Source of the DNA: an uncultured Solirubrobacterales bacterium
GTDB lineage: Bacteria > Actinomycetota > Thermoleophilia > Solirubrobacterales > Solirubrobacteraceae
Direction: 5' to 3'
Assembly (NCBI GenBank): GCA_963828135.1
Contig: CAWHDS010000001.1
Span: forward strand, 108,087-172,086
DNA length: 64,000 bases
In this document: piece by piece, positions 17,741-26,834 of the stretch
Layout: every line of letters starts with the position of its first letter
Numbering within the stretch: position 1 is the first letter of the stretch
Notes under the pieces: generated by a model
Told to the model about the DNA's origin: nothing
The model's database searches: none
Seen by the model: the letters and a program-made list of their open reading frames with translations, nothing else
Translations under genes and position numbers: made by a program

Positions 17741-17767
17741 CCCTCAAAAAAGTCATCGCGGGCGTGA
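17678..17767 (+). CDS. Candidate leaderless 29-codon uORF upstream of the MFS gene
   Basis: MVGETAAERAPVALTTDREAVPSKKSSRA. Its TGA (17765-17767) overlaps the MFS GTG (17764). From its second codon (the GTG at 17681) it is 12/22 identical in peptide to the S8 N-terminus. Confidence 0.3.
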   Translation: MVGETAAERAPVALTTDREAVPSKKSSRA

Positions 17768-19533
17768 ACGCCACCTCGGCACCCGGCGCCCGGCGGCGGC
17801 AGCCACCCGCGCCCCCGGGACCGAACTACAAGTGGCTCGTGCTCTCGAACACGACGATCGGCGTGCTGCTCGCGACGATCAACTCGTCGATCCTGCTGAT
17901 CGCGCTGCCGGACATCTTCCGCGGCATCCACGTCAACCCGCTCACGCCGGGCAACACGAACTACCTGCTGTGGATGATTCTGGGTTTCCTCGTCGTGACC
18001 GCCGTGCTCGTCGTCAGCTTCGGCCGCCTCGGCGACATGTACGGGCGCGTGCGGATGTACAACCTCGGCTTCGCGGTGTTCACGCTGTTCTCGCTGCTTC
18101 TGGCGGCGACCTGGCTGAAGGGGAGCGCCGGCGCGCTGTGGCTGATCGGCATGCGGATCGGGCAGGGGATCGGCGGCGCGATGCTGTTCGCGAATTCGGG
18201 GGCGATCATCACCGACGCGTTCCCCGAGAACCAGCGGGGCCTCGCGCTCGGGATCAACGGCGTGGCGGCGATCGCGGGATCGTTCGTCGGGCTGATCCTG
18301 GGCGGTCTGCTGGCGCCCGTGGAGTGGCGCCTGGTGTTCCTCGTGTCCGTCCCGTTCGGGGTGTTCGGAACCTTCTGGGCCTACGTCAAGCTGCATGACC
18401 TGAGCGAGCGTCAACACGCCCGGATCGACTGGCTCGGCAACATCACCTTCGCCGTCGGCCTGATCGCCGTGATGGTCGGCATCACCTACGGGATCCAGCC
18501 GTACGGCACGCACACGATGAGCTGGACGAGCCCGAAGGTGCTCACCGAGCTGATCGGCGGGGTCGCCGTGCTCGCGATCTTCTGCGTGATCGAGATGCGG
18601 GTGGCGCAGCCGATGTTCCACCTGCAGCTGTTTCGCATCCGCGCGTTCGCGGCGGGCAACCTGGCGAGCCTGCTGTCGGCGATCGGCCGCGGCGGCCTGC
18701 AGTTCGTGCTGATCATCTGGCTGCAGGGGGTCTGGCTGCCGGAGCACGGCTACAGCTTCGCGACCACGCCGCTGTGGGCCGGCATCTACATGGTGCCGCT
18801 GACCGCGGGGTTCCTGATCGCCGGCCCGCTGTCGGGCCTGCTCTCGGACCGCTACGGCGCCCGCCCGTTCGCGACCGCCGGGATGCTGGTGGCCGCCGCC
18901 TCGTTCCTGCTGCTGGAGCGTCTGCCCGTCAATTTTTCCTATGCCGCTTTCGCGGGGGTTCTTCTGCTGAACGGGATCGGGATGGGACTGTTCGCCTCCC
19001 CGAATCGCGCCGGGATCATGAACAGCCTGCCACCCAGCCAGCGCGGCGTCGGCGCCGGGATGGCCGCGACCTTCCAGAATTCGGCGATGGTGCTCTCGAT
19101 CGGCATCTTCTTCTCGCTGATGATCGTCGGCCTCGCCGCCCGGCTGCCGGCGGCGCTGCGGTCCGGGCTGATGGCCCACGGGCTGCCGGCCGCCGAGGCC
19201 GGTCGTATCGCCCACCTGCCGCCCGTGGCCTCACTGTTCGCCGCGTTCCTCGGCTACAACCCGGTCAAGCAGCTGCTTGGCCCCCAGCTGCACCAGCTGA
19301 CCGCGTCGCAGGCCGCGGCGCTGACCAGCCGGTCGTTCTTCCCCCGCCTGATCAGCGGGCCGTTCTCGAGCGCGCTGGGTGTCGCCTTCACGTTCGCGCT
19401 GATCGCATGCCTGATCGCCGCCGCCGCGTCTTGGCTGCGCGGCGGCAAGTACCACTACCGCGAGGATGATCGCGAGAGCGCGCCGGCGCCGGCGCCCGTC
19501 GCGGCGGCAGCGGTGGAGCGGGTGGCGCGTTGA
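17764..19533 (+). CDS. MFS transporter, 14-TM DHA2/EmrB-like drug:H+ antiporter family
   Basis: 589 aa. It has the motif GRLGDMYGRVRMY, about 14 hydrophobic helices and a C-terminal cytoplasmic tail. Confidence 0.85.
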   Translation: MNATSAPGARRRQPPAPPGPNYKWLVLSNTTIGVLLATINSSILLIALPDIFRGIHVNPLTPGNTNYLLWMILGFLVVTAVLVVSFGRLGDMYGRVRMYNLGFAVFTLFSLLLAATWLKGSAGALWLIGMRIGQGIGGAMLFANSGAIITDAFPENQRGLALGINGVAAIAGSFVGLILGGLLAPVEWRLVFLVSVPFGVFGTFWAYVKLHDLSERQHARIDWLGNITFAVGLIAVMVGITYGIQPYGTHTMSWTSPKVLTELIGGVAVLAIFCVIEMRVAQPMFHLQLFRIRAFAAGNLASLLSAIGRGGLQFVLIIWLQGVWLPEHGYSFATTPLWAGIYMVPLTAGFLIAGPLSGLLSDRYGARPFATAGMLVAAASFLLLERLPVNFSYAAFAGVLLLNGIGMGLFASPNRAGIMNSLPPSQRGVGAGMAATFQNSAMVLSIGIFFSLMIVGLAARLPAALRSGLMAHGLPAAEAGRIAHLPPVASLFAAFLGYNPVKQLLGPQLHQLTASQAAALTSRSFFPRLISGPFSSALGVAFTFALIACLIAAAASWLRGGKYHYREDDRESAPAPAPVAAAAVERVAR

Positions 19534-20162
19534 CCAGCCTCGTCACGATCTCCGGCTCCTATGGCGCCGGTGGCAGCCGGATCGGCCCGGCGCTGGCCGA
19601 GCGCCTGGATGTCCCGTTCCTCGACCGGGCGATCCCGGCGGCGGTGGCCGAGGAGCTGGCGGTGCCGTTCGACGACGCCGAGGCGCACGACGAGCAGCTC
19701 AGCGCGAGCTGGCTCGAGCGGATGCTGCGCGGCTTCATCGGCCAGGACATCGCGGCTCCCGCCGGCACGCCGGCCGCGCCGGCGACGGCGGCCGACTTCC
19801 GCGACGCGACCGAGGAGGTGCTGCTACGCCAGGCGCAGAGCGGACGTGCGGTGATCCTGGGCCGAGCCGCGGCAGTCGTCCTGCGCGACGATCCGCGCGT
19901 GCTGCGGGTGCGTTTGGACGGCCCCCCCGAGCGTCGCGTGCGCCAGGCGATGGCGCTCGAGGGCATCGACGAGGCCACGGCGCGCGAGCGCCAGCGCCGC
20001 CAGGACCGCGCCCACGCCACCTACACCAGGCACTTCTACGGCGTCGACATCGGCGATCCGTCGCTCTACCACGTGATGCTCGACTCGACGCTGATCGCGA
20101 TCGACGTCTGCGTCGAGGTGCTCGAGCGCGCCGCGCGATCGGTCGCGGCCGACGCTTCGTAG
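19530..20162 (+). CDS. Cytidylate-kinase-like (AAA/P-loop) family protein
   Basis: 210 aa with the N-terminus VTISGSYGAGGSRIGPALAERLDVPFLDR, typical of the cytidylate kinase-like family. TTGA overlap with the MFS stop. Confidence 0.7.
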   Translation: MTSLVTISGSYGAGGSRIGPALAERLDVPFLDRAIPAAVAEELAVPFDDAEAHDEQLSASWLERMLRGFIGQDIAAPAGTPAAPATAADFRDATEEVLLRQAQSGRAVILGRAAAVVLRDDPRVLRVRLDGPPERRVRQAMALEGIDEATARERQRRQDRAHATYTRHFYGVDIGDPSLYHVMLDSTLIAIDVCVEVLERAARSVAADAS

Positions 20163-20194
20163 GAGGCCGGCGCCGGCCGCCGCGCGGGTCGCGA

Positions 20195-20200
20195 TAGCGT
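20195..20200 (+). promoter_or_regulatory. Candidate -10 box (TAGCGT) giving a leaderless transcript
   Basis: TAGCGT lies 7 nt upstream of GTG 20208. Confidence 0.3.
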
Positions 20201-20207
20201 CCGCGCC

Positions 20208-21470
20208 GTGCCGGAGCTCAACTGGGCCGGAAACGTCGTCTACGCCGCGGACCGCGTGCAGCGCCCCGCCAGCGTCGAGGAGCTGGCCGAGATCGTCGCC
20301 GCCGCGCCGCGGATCCGGGTGCTCGGGTCGCGGCACTCGTTCAACACGATCGCGGACTGCGAGGCGCTCGTCTCGCTGAGGGGCCTCCCCACCGATCTGG
20401 CGATCGATCGTGGCGTGGGGACCGCGTCGTGCGCCGCCGGGGTCACCTACGGGGAGCTCGCGCCGGCACTGGCCGCCGAGGGGCTCGCGCTCGCCAACCT
20501 CGGCTCGCTGCCGCACATCTCGATCGGCGGCTCGGTCGCGACGGCGACACACGGTTCCGGCGATCGCCTCGGCAATCTCGCGACCTCGGTCGCCGGCCTC
20601 GAGCTCGTCACCTCGAACGGCCGCCTGCTGGCCGCGCGGCGCGGCGACCCCGACTTCGACGGCATGGTGGTCGGGCTCGGCGCGCTCGGCGCGGTCACCC
20701 GCCTGACGCTCGACGTCGAGCCCATCTACGAGGTCAGCCAGGTGGTCTACGAGGGCCTCTCCTGGGAGGTGCTCGAAGCGAGCTTCGACGAGCTGACCGC
20801 CGCCGGCGACAGCGTCAGCGTGTTCACCCGCTGGGCGGAGGTGGCCGGCCAGTTGTGGGTCAAGCGGCGCGTCGAAGAGGGACAGGAGCCGGCGCCCAGC
20901 GAGCTGTTCGGGGCGTGCGCCGCCACCGCCCAGCTTCACCCGATTCGCGGTGGCGACCCGGCCGCCTGCACCGGCCAGCTCGGCCGGCCCGGACCGTGGT
21001 ACGACCGCCTGCCGCACTTTCGCCTGCAGTTCGAGCCGAGCGCCGGCGAGGAGCTGCAGTCCGAATACCTGCTCGCGCGCACCGATGCCGGTGCGGCGAT
21101 CGCGACGCTGCGCCGGCTCGCCCCGAGGATCAGGCCGCTGCTGCACATCGGCGAGATCCGCACGGTCGCGGCCGATGGGTTGTGGATGAGCCCGCAGTAC
21201 CGGCGCGACAGCGTCGCCATCCACTTCACCTGGCTTCGCGAGCAGCGGCGAGTCGAGGAGCTGGCGGCCGAGATCGATGCCGCGCTCGCCCCCTTTTCCC
21301 CGCGGCCGCACTGGGGCAAGCTGTTCCTGGCCCGCGCCGACACGCTCGCCGGCCGCTACGAGCGCCTCGCCGACTTCGCACGGCTGCGCGAGCAACTCGA
21401 CCCGCGCGGCGCGTTCTGCAACGACTGGCTGGCGCAGCGGGTGCTCGGCACCGCAAGCGAATCGCCCTGA
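20208..21470 (+). CDS. FAD-linked oxidase of the alditol oxidase / L-gulono- or D-arabinono-1,4-lactone oxidase family
   Basis: 420 aa. NWAGNVVY...P.SVEELAEIV......IRVLGSRHSFN at the N-terminus and an ALO-type C-terminal domain (RPHWGK). Confidence 0.8.
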   Translation: MPELNWAGNVVYAADRVQRPASVEELAEIVAAAPRIRVLGSRHSFNTIADCEALVSLRGLPTDLAIDRGVGTASCAAGVTYGELAPALAAEGLALANLGSLPHISIGGSVATATHGSGDRLGNLATSVAGLELVTSNGRLLAARRGDPDFDGMVVGLGALGAVTRLTLDVEPIYEVSQVVYEGLSWEVLEASFDELTAAGDSVSVFTRWAEVAGQLWVKRRVEEGQEPAPSELFGACAATAQLHPIRGGDPAACTGQLGRPGPWYDRLPHFRLQFEPSAGEELQSEYLLARTDAGAAIATLRRLAPRIRPLLHIGEIRTVAADGLWMSPQYRRDSVAIHFTWLREQRRVEELAAEIDAALAPFSPRPHWGKLFLARADTLAGRYERLADFARLREQLDPRGAFCNDWLAQRVLGTASESP

Positions 21471-21497
21471 GGCGACGCGAGGGCGCGTTCAGCGCGT

Positions 21498-21692
21498 TCA
21501 GCGCGTCCGCGCGCTCAGCCGGGAGGCGGCCGGTGCGGCCGCCGCCTCCTGGGCGACGAACGCGGCGAAGGAGTCAAGCCACGCGAGCTTCGCGGCACGC
21601 CAGGAGTCAAGCCCCCGCTCGGCGACGGCGACGGCGGTCTCGGCCTCAGCGTGCGCCGAGCTGCGGGCGAGGTCGTGGTTCAGCTGGTCCAT
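21498..21692 (-). CDS. Hypothetical small helical protein (64 aa)
   Basis: MDQLNHDLARSSAHAEAE.... GC3 is very high and the peptide has an internal LDSW/LDSF repeat. I recognise no family. Confidence 0.3.
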   Translation of the reverse strand: MDQLNHDLARSSAHAEAETAVAVAERGLDSWRAAKLAWLDSFAAFVAQEAAAAPAASRLSARTR

Positions 21693-21832
21693 ACACCGAG
21701 CATCGGCGCGGCGAGCCGCACTGATGAGCGATGCGTCGCCGCCGTTCAACACTGCGGTCTTTCCGAAGCGCGCGGGGCGCTGTGCACGGATGCAAACCTG
21801 CGCTAGTCTCGGGCAACCTCAAGGGAGTGGCA

Positions 21833-22957
21833 TTGGCCGAGCTCGACACAGCCGTTCTCGAACCCGACGCGCTCGAGGCGCTGGTTTCGGCTCTGCGCGG
21901 GCGTGGCTACCGAGTCCTCGGTCCCAGGCTGCGTGACGGCGCGATCGTCTACGACGACCTCCACTCGGCCGCCGAGCTCCCGATCGGCTACGGGGACGAG
22001 CAGGCCCCGGGGCGCTACCGCGTGACGCGCCGCGAGGACGAGGCGCGCTTCGGCTACGCCGTCGGGCCGCACTCGTGGAAGCAGTTCCTGCTGCCCGCGC
22101 GCCTGCGCATCTGGCGCGCGCGCCGCGACGGCGACGGCTTCGAGCTCGAGACCGACCAGACCGAGCGCGCACCGCTGGCCCTGGTCGGCGTGCGCGGCTG
22201 CGAGCTGAGCGCGATCGCGATCCAGGACCGCGTGCTGATAGGCGGCGAGTACCAGGAGGCCGACTACGCGGTCCGCCGCGACGGCGCCTTCATCGTCGCC
22301 GTTGATTGCTTCGAACCGGCCGACACCTGCTTCTGCGTCTCGATGGGTGGGGGCCCGCAGATACGCGGCGACTGCGACCTGGTGCTGAGCGAGATCCTCG
22401 ACGGGGAGCACCGCTTCCTGGCGCGCGCCGGATCCGACCGCGGCGCCGAGCTGTTGCGGGAGCTGCCGCAGCGCGCCGCCGCGCCGGTGGATCTCGACGC
22501 GGCGGCCGCCGCGGTGCAGGGAGCGGCCGCGAAGATGACGCGCACCGTGGAGTCCGGCGACCTGCGCGACCTGCTGGCGCGCAACCTCGAGAATCCACGC
22601 TGGGACGAGGTGGCCGAGCGCTGCCTGACGTGCGGCAACTGCACGATGGTCTGCCCCACCTGCTTCTGCACGAGCGTGGAGGACGTCAGCGATCTGGCCG
22701 GCACCGAGGCCGAGCGCGTGCGCGTCTGGGAGACCTGCTTCTCGGTCGATCACTCCTTCCTGCACGGCGGTAGCGTCCGGCGCTCCGGGCGCTCGCGCTA
22801 CCGCCAGTGGCTCACGCACAAGTTCGGCACCTGGTACGACCAATTCGACAGCTCCGGCTGCGTCGGCTGCGGCCGCTGCATCGCGTGGTGCCCGGTCGGC
22901 ATCGACGTCACCGAGGAGCTGGCTGCAATCCGCGACACCGACGGGGTGGCTGTATGA
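21833..22957 (+). CDS. Group 3b-type hydrogenase iron-sulfur (beta) subunit, 4Fe-4S dicluster protein
   Basis: CLTCGNCTMVCPTCFC and CVGCGRCIAWCPVGID motifs. AAGGGA (21821-21826) lies upstream of TTG 21833, and GTG 21827 is the alternative start. Confidence 0.8.
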   Translation: MAELDTAVLEPDALEALVSALRGRGYRVLGPRLRDGAIVYDDLHSAAELPIGYGDEQAPGRYRVTRREDEARFGYAVGPHSWKQFLLPARLRIWRARRDGDGFELETDQTERAPLALVGVRGCELSAIAIQDRVLIGGEYQEADYAVRRDGAFIVAVDCFEPADTCFCVSMGGGPQIRGDCDLVLSEILDGEHRFLARAGSDRGAELLRELPQRAAAPVDLDAAAAAVQGAAAKMTRTVESGDLRDLLARNLENPRWDEVAERCLTCGNCTMVCPTCFCTSVEDVSDLAGTEAERVRVWETCFSVDHSFLHGGSVRRSGRSRYRQWLTHKFGTWYDQFDSSGCVGCGRCIAWCPVGIDVTEELAAIRDTDGVAV

Positions 22958-23424
22958 CGACGACGCTTGCCGAGATCCTGGCTGACGCTCCCTTCTTCGC
23001 CGGCCTGCGCCCGGACACGATCGACCTGGTCGCCGGATGCGGGTCGAACGTGCAGTTCGAGCCCGGCGCGTTGATCTTCCGCGAGGGCGAGCAGGCCGAC
23101 GCCTTCTATCTGCTCCGCCACGGCAGCATCGCGATCGAGGCCTACGCCCCCAACAGCGGGCCGCTCGTGATCGAGACGCTCGAGGCCGGTGACGTGCTCG
23201 GCTGGTCGTGGCTGTTCGAACCCCACCGCTGGCATTTCGACGCGCACGCCCTGACGGCGGTGCGCGCGACCGCGTTCGACGGCGCCTGCCTGCGCGGCAA
23301 GTGCGACGCCGACCCGCAGCTCGGCTACGAGCTCGTCTCGCGCTTCGCCCAGACGCTGATCGAACGCCTGCAATGGACGCGCCTGCGGCTGCTCGACGTC
23401 TACGGCCATGTCGGCCAGCGCTGA
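22954..23424 (+). CDS. Stand-alone cyclic-nucleotide-binding domain protein
   Basis: 156 aa: FFAGLRPDTIDLVAGCGSNVQFEPGALIFREGEQADAFYLLRHGSIAIE...GDVLGWSWL. ATGA overlap with the upstream gene, and the downstream gene overlaps its 3-prime end. Confidence 0.8.
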   Translation: MTTTLAEILADAPFFAGLRPDTIDLVAGCGSNVQFEPGALIFREGEQADAFYLLRHGSIAIEAYAPNSGPLVIETLEAGDVLGWSWLFEPHRWHFDAHALTAVRATAFDGACLRGKCDADPQLGYELVSRFAQTLIERLQWTRLRLLDVYGHVGQR

Positions 23425-24256
23425 GCTCGCAGCTCCGGTGGCCGGAGCGATGGTGCCACAGCCGTTCCGCGTCACGCGGCGGCGCCGCGAGACCTCCGAC
23501 ACCTGGACGCTGACGCTTGAGCCGCTCGACGGCGAGGGCATCTCGCCCGGCCCCGGCCAGTTCACGATGCTCTACGCCTTCGGCATCGGCGAGATCCCGA
23601 TCTCGGTCTCCGGCGCCGACGACGGCCTGCTCGTCCACACCGTCCGCGCCGTCGGCGCCGTCAGCGCTGCGATCTGCGACGCGAAGCCCGGCGCGGTGCT
23701 GGGTGTGCGCGGTCCCTTCGGCAACATGTGGCCCGTGCGGGAGGCGGCCGGCCACGACGTCGTCGTGGTTGCCGGCGGCGTTGGTCTCGCGCCGCTGCGC
23801 ACCGCCGTCCAGGCACTGGAGCGCTCGCGCGAGGACTATCGCGAGGTGACATTGCTCTATGGCGGGCGCACCCCGGGCGACCTTCTGTTCCGCGGCGAGC
23901 TCGACTCGCTGCGCCAGCGCGGGAAGCTCAACGTCGATGTGACCGTCGACGCGGCCGCGAGCGGCTGGGAGGGCAAGGTCGGCGTCGTGCCGAAGCTCAT
24001 CGACGGCGCAACGTTCGACCCGGAGTCGGTGATCGCGCTGGTCTGCGGTCCCGAGGTGATGATGCACTTCAGCGTCGTGGCACTGCGGGAACGCGGTGTC
24101 GCGCCCGAGCGCATCTACCTCTCGATGGAGCGCAACATGCGCTGCGCCATCGGTCACTGCGGGCACTGCCAGCTCGGGTCGACGCTCGTCTGCCGCGACG
24201 GCGCGGTCTACAGCTACGACAAGCTCGAGACGCTGATGGGGGTGCGTGAGCTGTGA
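23408..24256 (+). CDS. Hydrogenase FAD/NAD(P)-binding (gamma) subunit with a C-terminal 2Fe-2S site
   Basis: 282 aa with a ferredoxin-reductase-like fold ([19 protein letters not shown]) and [12 protein letters not shown]....C. Confidence 0.85.
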   Translation: MSASAELAAPVAGAMVPQPFRVTRRRRETSDTWTLTLEPLDGEGISPGPGQFTMLYAFGIGEIPISVSGADDGLLVHTVRAVGAVSAAICDAKPGAVLGVRGPFGNMWPVREAAGHDVVVVAGGVGLAPLRTAVQALERSREDYREVTLLYGGRTPGDLLFRGELDSLRQRGKLNVDVTVDAAASGWEGKVGVVPKLIDGATFDPESVIALVCGPEVMMHFSVVALRERGVAPERIYLSMERNMRCAIGHCGHCQLGSTLVCRDGAVYSYDKLETLMGVREL

Positions 24257-25035
24257 GTACCGCGACGCGCCGCAAGCCAAAGCTCGCGGTCTGGAAGTTC
24301 TCCTCCTGCGACGGCTGCCAGCTCTCGCTGCTCGATTGCGAGGACGAGCTGCTGGCGCTCGCCGGCGAGGTCGAGATCGCCTACTTCCCGGAGGCCACGA
24401 GCGCCACGGTCCGTGGTCCCTACGACCTCTCGCTGGTCGAGGGCTCGATCACCACCGAGGAGGATTGCGAGCGCATCCAGAAGGTTCGCAGCGCCTCGCG
24501 CCGCCTCGTCACGATCGGGGCGTGCGCCACCGCGGGCGGGATCCAGGCGCTGCGCAACTTCGCCGACGTCGACGAGTTCGTCGCGCTCGTCTACGCCCAG
24601 CCCGAGCACATCTCGACGCTCGCCACCTCCACGCCGATCTCCGAGCACGTCGCCGTCGACTTCGAGCTGCGCGGCTGCCCGATCGACAAGCACCAGCTGC
24701 TCGAGGTGATCGGCGCCCAGCTTGCCGGCCGGCGCCCGCAGATCGCCACGACCAGCGTCTGCACCGAGTGCAAGCGGCGCGGCACGGTGTGCGTGACCGT
24801 CGCCCACGGCACGCCCTGTCTCGGCCCGGTCACGCACGCCGGCTGCGGCGCGATCTGCCCGTCCTACAACCGCGGCTGCTACGGCTGCTTCGGGCCGATG
24901 GAGACGCCGAACGTCCCGGCGCTGACGCGCCAGATGCGCGACCTCGACGCGACCGAGACCGTGATCGACCACCTCTTCCACACCTTCAACGCGAGCGCCG
25001 AGCCGTTCGCGGGCGCGGGATCGCGCGGTGCCTGA
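24253..25035 (+). CDS. [NiFe]-hydrogenase small (delta) subunit
   Basis: 260 aa with [29 protein letters not shown] and further Cys clusters typical of group 3 small subunits. Confidence 0.85.
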   Translation: MSTATRRKPKLAVWKFSSCDGCQLSLLDCEDELLALAGEVEIAYFPEATSATVRGPYDLSLVEGSITTEEDCERIQKVRSASRRLVTIGACATAGGIQALRNFADVDEFVALVYAQPEHISTLATSTPISEHVAVDFELRGCPIDKHQLLEVIGAQLAGRRPQIATTSVCTECKRRGTVCVTVAHGTPCLGPVTHAGCGAICPSYNRGCYGCFGPMETPNVPALTRQMRDLDATETVIDHLFHTFNASAEPFAGAGSRGA

Positions 25036-26326
25036 CAAGCGCACCAAGACGATCCGGACGGCGACGCTCGCGCGGGTCGAGGGCGAGGGCGCGATGCGCG
25101 TGCGAATCGAGGCCGGCCAGGTCACCGAGGTCGCGCTCGACATCTACGAGCCGCCACGCTTCTTCGAGGCCTTCCTGCGGGGCCGCGACTTCGCCGAGGC
25201 GGTCGACATCACCTCGCGGATCTGCGGCATCTGCCCGGTCGCCTACCAGATGAGCGCGGTGACGGCGATGGAGAGCCTGTGCGGCGTGGAGGTCGGCGGA
25301 CAGCTTCGGGCGCTGCGCCGGCTGCTCTACTGCGGCGAGTGGATCGAGAGCCACGCGCTGCACATCTTCATGCTCCACGCCCCCGACTTCCTCGGCTACG
25401 CGGGCGCCGTCGAGATGGCGCGCGACCACCCGGAGATCGTCGCCGACGCATTGAAGCTCAAGAAGGCCGGCAACGAGGTGATGCGCGTCGTCGGCGGCCG
25501 CGAGGTGCACCCGATCAACCTGCGCGTCGGCGGCCTGCACCGCGTGCCGCGCAAGGCCGAGCTGGCGACGCTCGTCGAGGGTCTCGAGCGCGCCCGCGAG
25601 ATCGCGCTCGGCGCCGTCACGCTGACCGCCACGCTCGACTTCCCCGACTACGAACAGGACTTCGAGCTGGTCGCGCTTGCGCGCCCCGGCGAATACCCGA
25701 TCGACCGTGGCCGTGTGGTTTCCGATCACGGCCTCGACATCGCCCCGGCCGACTACATGACGCACTTCGTCGAGTCCCATGTGCCGTGGTCGCACGCCCT
25801 GCACTCGCAGCGCACCGACGGCAGCACCTACGTGGTCGGGCCGCTCGCACGTTTCGCGACCAGCTACGACGAGCTGACGCCGCTGGCACGCGAGGCGGCC
25901 GCGGGCGTCGGCCTGCGCCCACCGGAGCGCAACCCGTTCCGCAGCATCGTCGTGCGCTCGGTCGAGCTCGTGCACGCGGTCGACGAGGCGCTCGCGCTGA
26001 TCGCGGCCTACGAGGAGCCGGACGCCCCGGCGCTGGAGGTGATTCCCCGCGCGGGGATCGGTCACGGCGTCAGCGAGGCACCGCGCGGGCTGCTCTACCA
26101 CCGCTACGAGATCGACGCGGACGGCACGATCCTCGACGCGGTGATCGTCCCGCCGACCTCGCAGAACCAGACCGCGATCGAGGCTGACCTGCGCGGTGTC
26201 GTCGAACGCTCGCTCGATCTGCCCGACGCCGAGCTGAGCGTGCGCTGCGAGCAGACGATCCGCAACTACGACCCCTGCATCTCCTGCGCGACGCACTTCC
26301 TGAAGCTGGACATCGAGCGCGTCTGA
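25028..26326 (+). CDS. [NiFe]-hydrogenase large (alpha) subunit
   Basis: 432 aa with the N-terminal [10 protein letters not shown] and C-terminal DPCISCATH nickel-binding motifs. Confidence 0.9.
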   Translation: MPDKRTKTIRTATLARVEGEGAMRVRIEAGQVTEVALDIYEPPRFFEAFLRGRDFAEAVDITSRICGICPVAYQMSAVTAMESLCGVEVGGQLRALRRLLYCGEWIESHALHIFMLHAPDFLGYAGAVEMARDHPEIVADALKLKKAGNEVMRVVGGREVHPINLRVGGLHRVPRKAELATLVEGLERAREIALGAVTLTATLDFPDYEQDFELVALARPGEYPIDRGRVVSDHGLDIAPADYMTHFVESHVPWSHALHSQRTDGSTYVVGPLARFATSYDELTPLAREAAAGVGLRPPERNPFRSIVVRSVELVHAVDEALALIAAYEEPDAPALEVIPRAGIGHGVSEAPRGLLYHRYEIDADGTILDAVIVPPTSQNQTAIEADLRGVVERSLDLPDAELSVRCEQTIRNYDPCISCATHFLKLDIERV

Positions 26327-26781
26327 GGCTGATCGGCATCGGCAACCGCTGGCGTGGCGACGACGCGGCGGGACTCGCCGTGGCGGCGTCCGTGGGCGCG
26401 CGATGCCCACCCGGTGTCGAGGTCCTGGAACACGAGGGCGAGCCGATCACGCTGATCGAGGCCTGCGAGGGCGCGCCGGCGCTGTGGATCGTCGACGCCG
26501 TCCGCTCGGGTGCCCAGTCGGGCACGCTGCACCGGCTCGACGCCGCGCAGCAACCACTCCCGGCGGAGCTGTTCGGCGTCTCGACGCACCGCCTCGGACT
26601 CGCCGACGCGCTCGAGCTGGCACGCGCGCTCGGCCGCCTGCCGCCGCAGGTGATCGTCTACGGGATCGAGGCGAGCGAATTCGAGCCGGGCAGCCCCCTG
26701 TCGCCCTCGGTCGCTCGCGCCGTGGATCGGCTTGCGGATCTTCTCGTCGAGGAGCTCGCGCAGGCCGCCGGCACGGACTGA
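26323..26781 (+). CDS. Hydrogenase maturation endopeptidase (HoxW/HycI-like)
   Basis: The conserved N-terminus [15 protein letters not shown] is encoded at 26329 onward, upstream of the first canonical start (GTG 26380). CTG 26323 overlaps the large-subunit TGA. The exact start is uncertain. Confidence 0.7.
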   Translation: MRLIGIGNRWRGDDAAGLAVAASVGARCPPGVEVLEHEGEPITLIEACEGAPALWIVDAVRSGAQSGTLHRLDAAQQPLPAELFGVSTHRLGLADALELARALGRLPPQVIVYGIEASEFEPGSPLSPSVARAVDRLADLLVEELAQAAGTD

Positions 26782-26834
26782 GCGGGCCGGTTGGCGGGAG
26801 CGCTCCTGCGGGAAACACGATCGCCGTCCGCCTC

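Noticed and set aside
15556-19215. Very long antisense and alternate-frame ORFs in the supplied track. Examples are the 1219-aa ORF at 15556-19215 (minus), the 825-aa ORF at 21803-24280 (minus), the 806-aa ORF at 61537-63957 (minus), and many Arg/Pro/Ala-rich ORFs of 100-400 aa.
   Set aside because: They are typical shadow ORFs of high-GC DNA, where stop codons are rare. Their translations are low-complexity R/P/A/G strings, and they overlap genes with clear family motifs on the other strand or frame.
21483-21517. Tandem 8-9-mers GCGCGTTCA GCGCGTTCA GCGCGTCC GCGCGCTCA after the oxidase gene, and an 11-mer GGAGTCAAGCC repeated within 21560-21615.
   Set aside because: These are short, degenerate, GC-rich repeats. 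The first overlaps the 3-prime end of a small minus-strand ORF, and the second is an in-frame LDSW/LDSF peptide repeat. Nothing supports a function beyond a possible terminator.
21804-21809. TAGTCT hexamer upstream of the hydrogenase operon as its promoter -10 box.
   Set aside because: It has no recognisable -35 box and an unclear distance to the start. It is kept only as a note because the evidence is a single hexamer.
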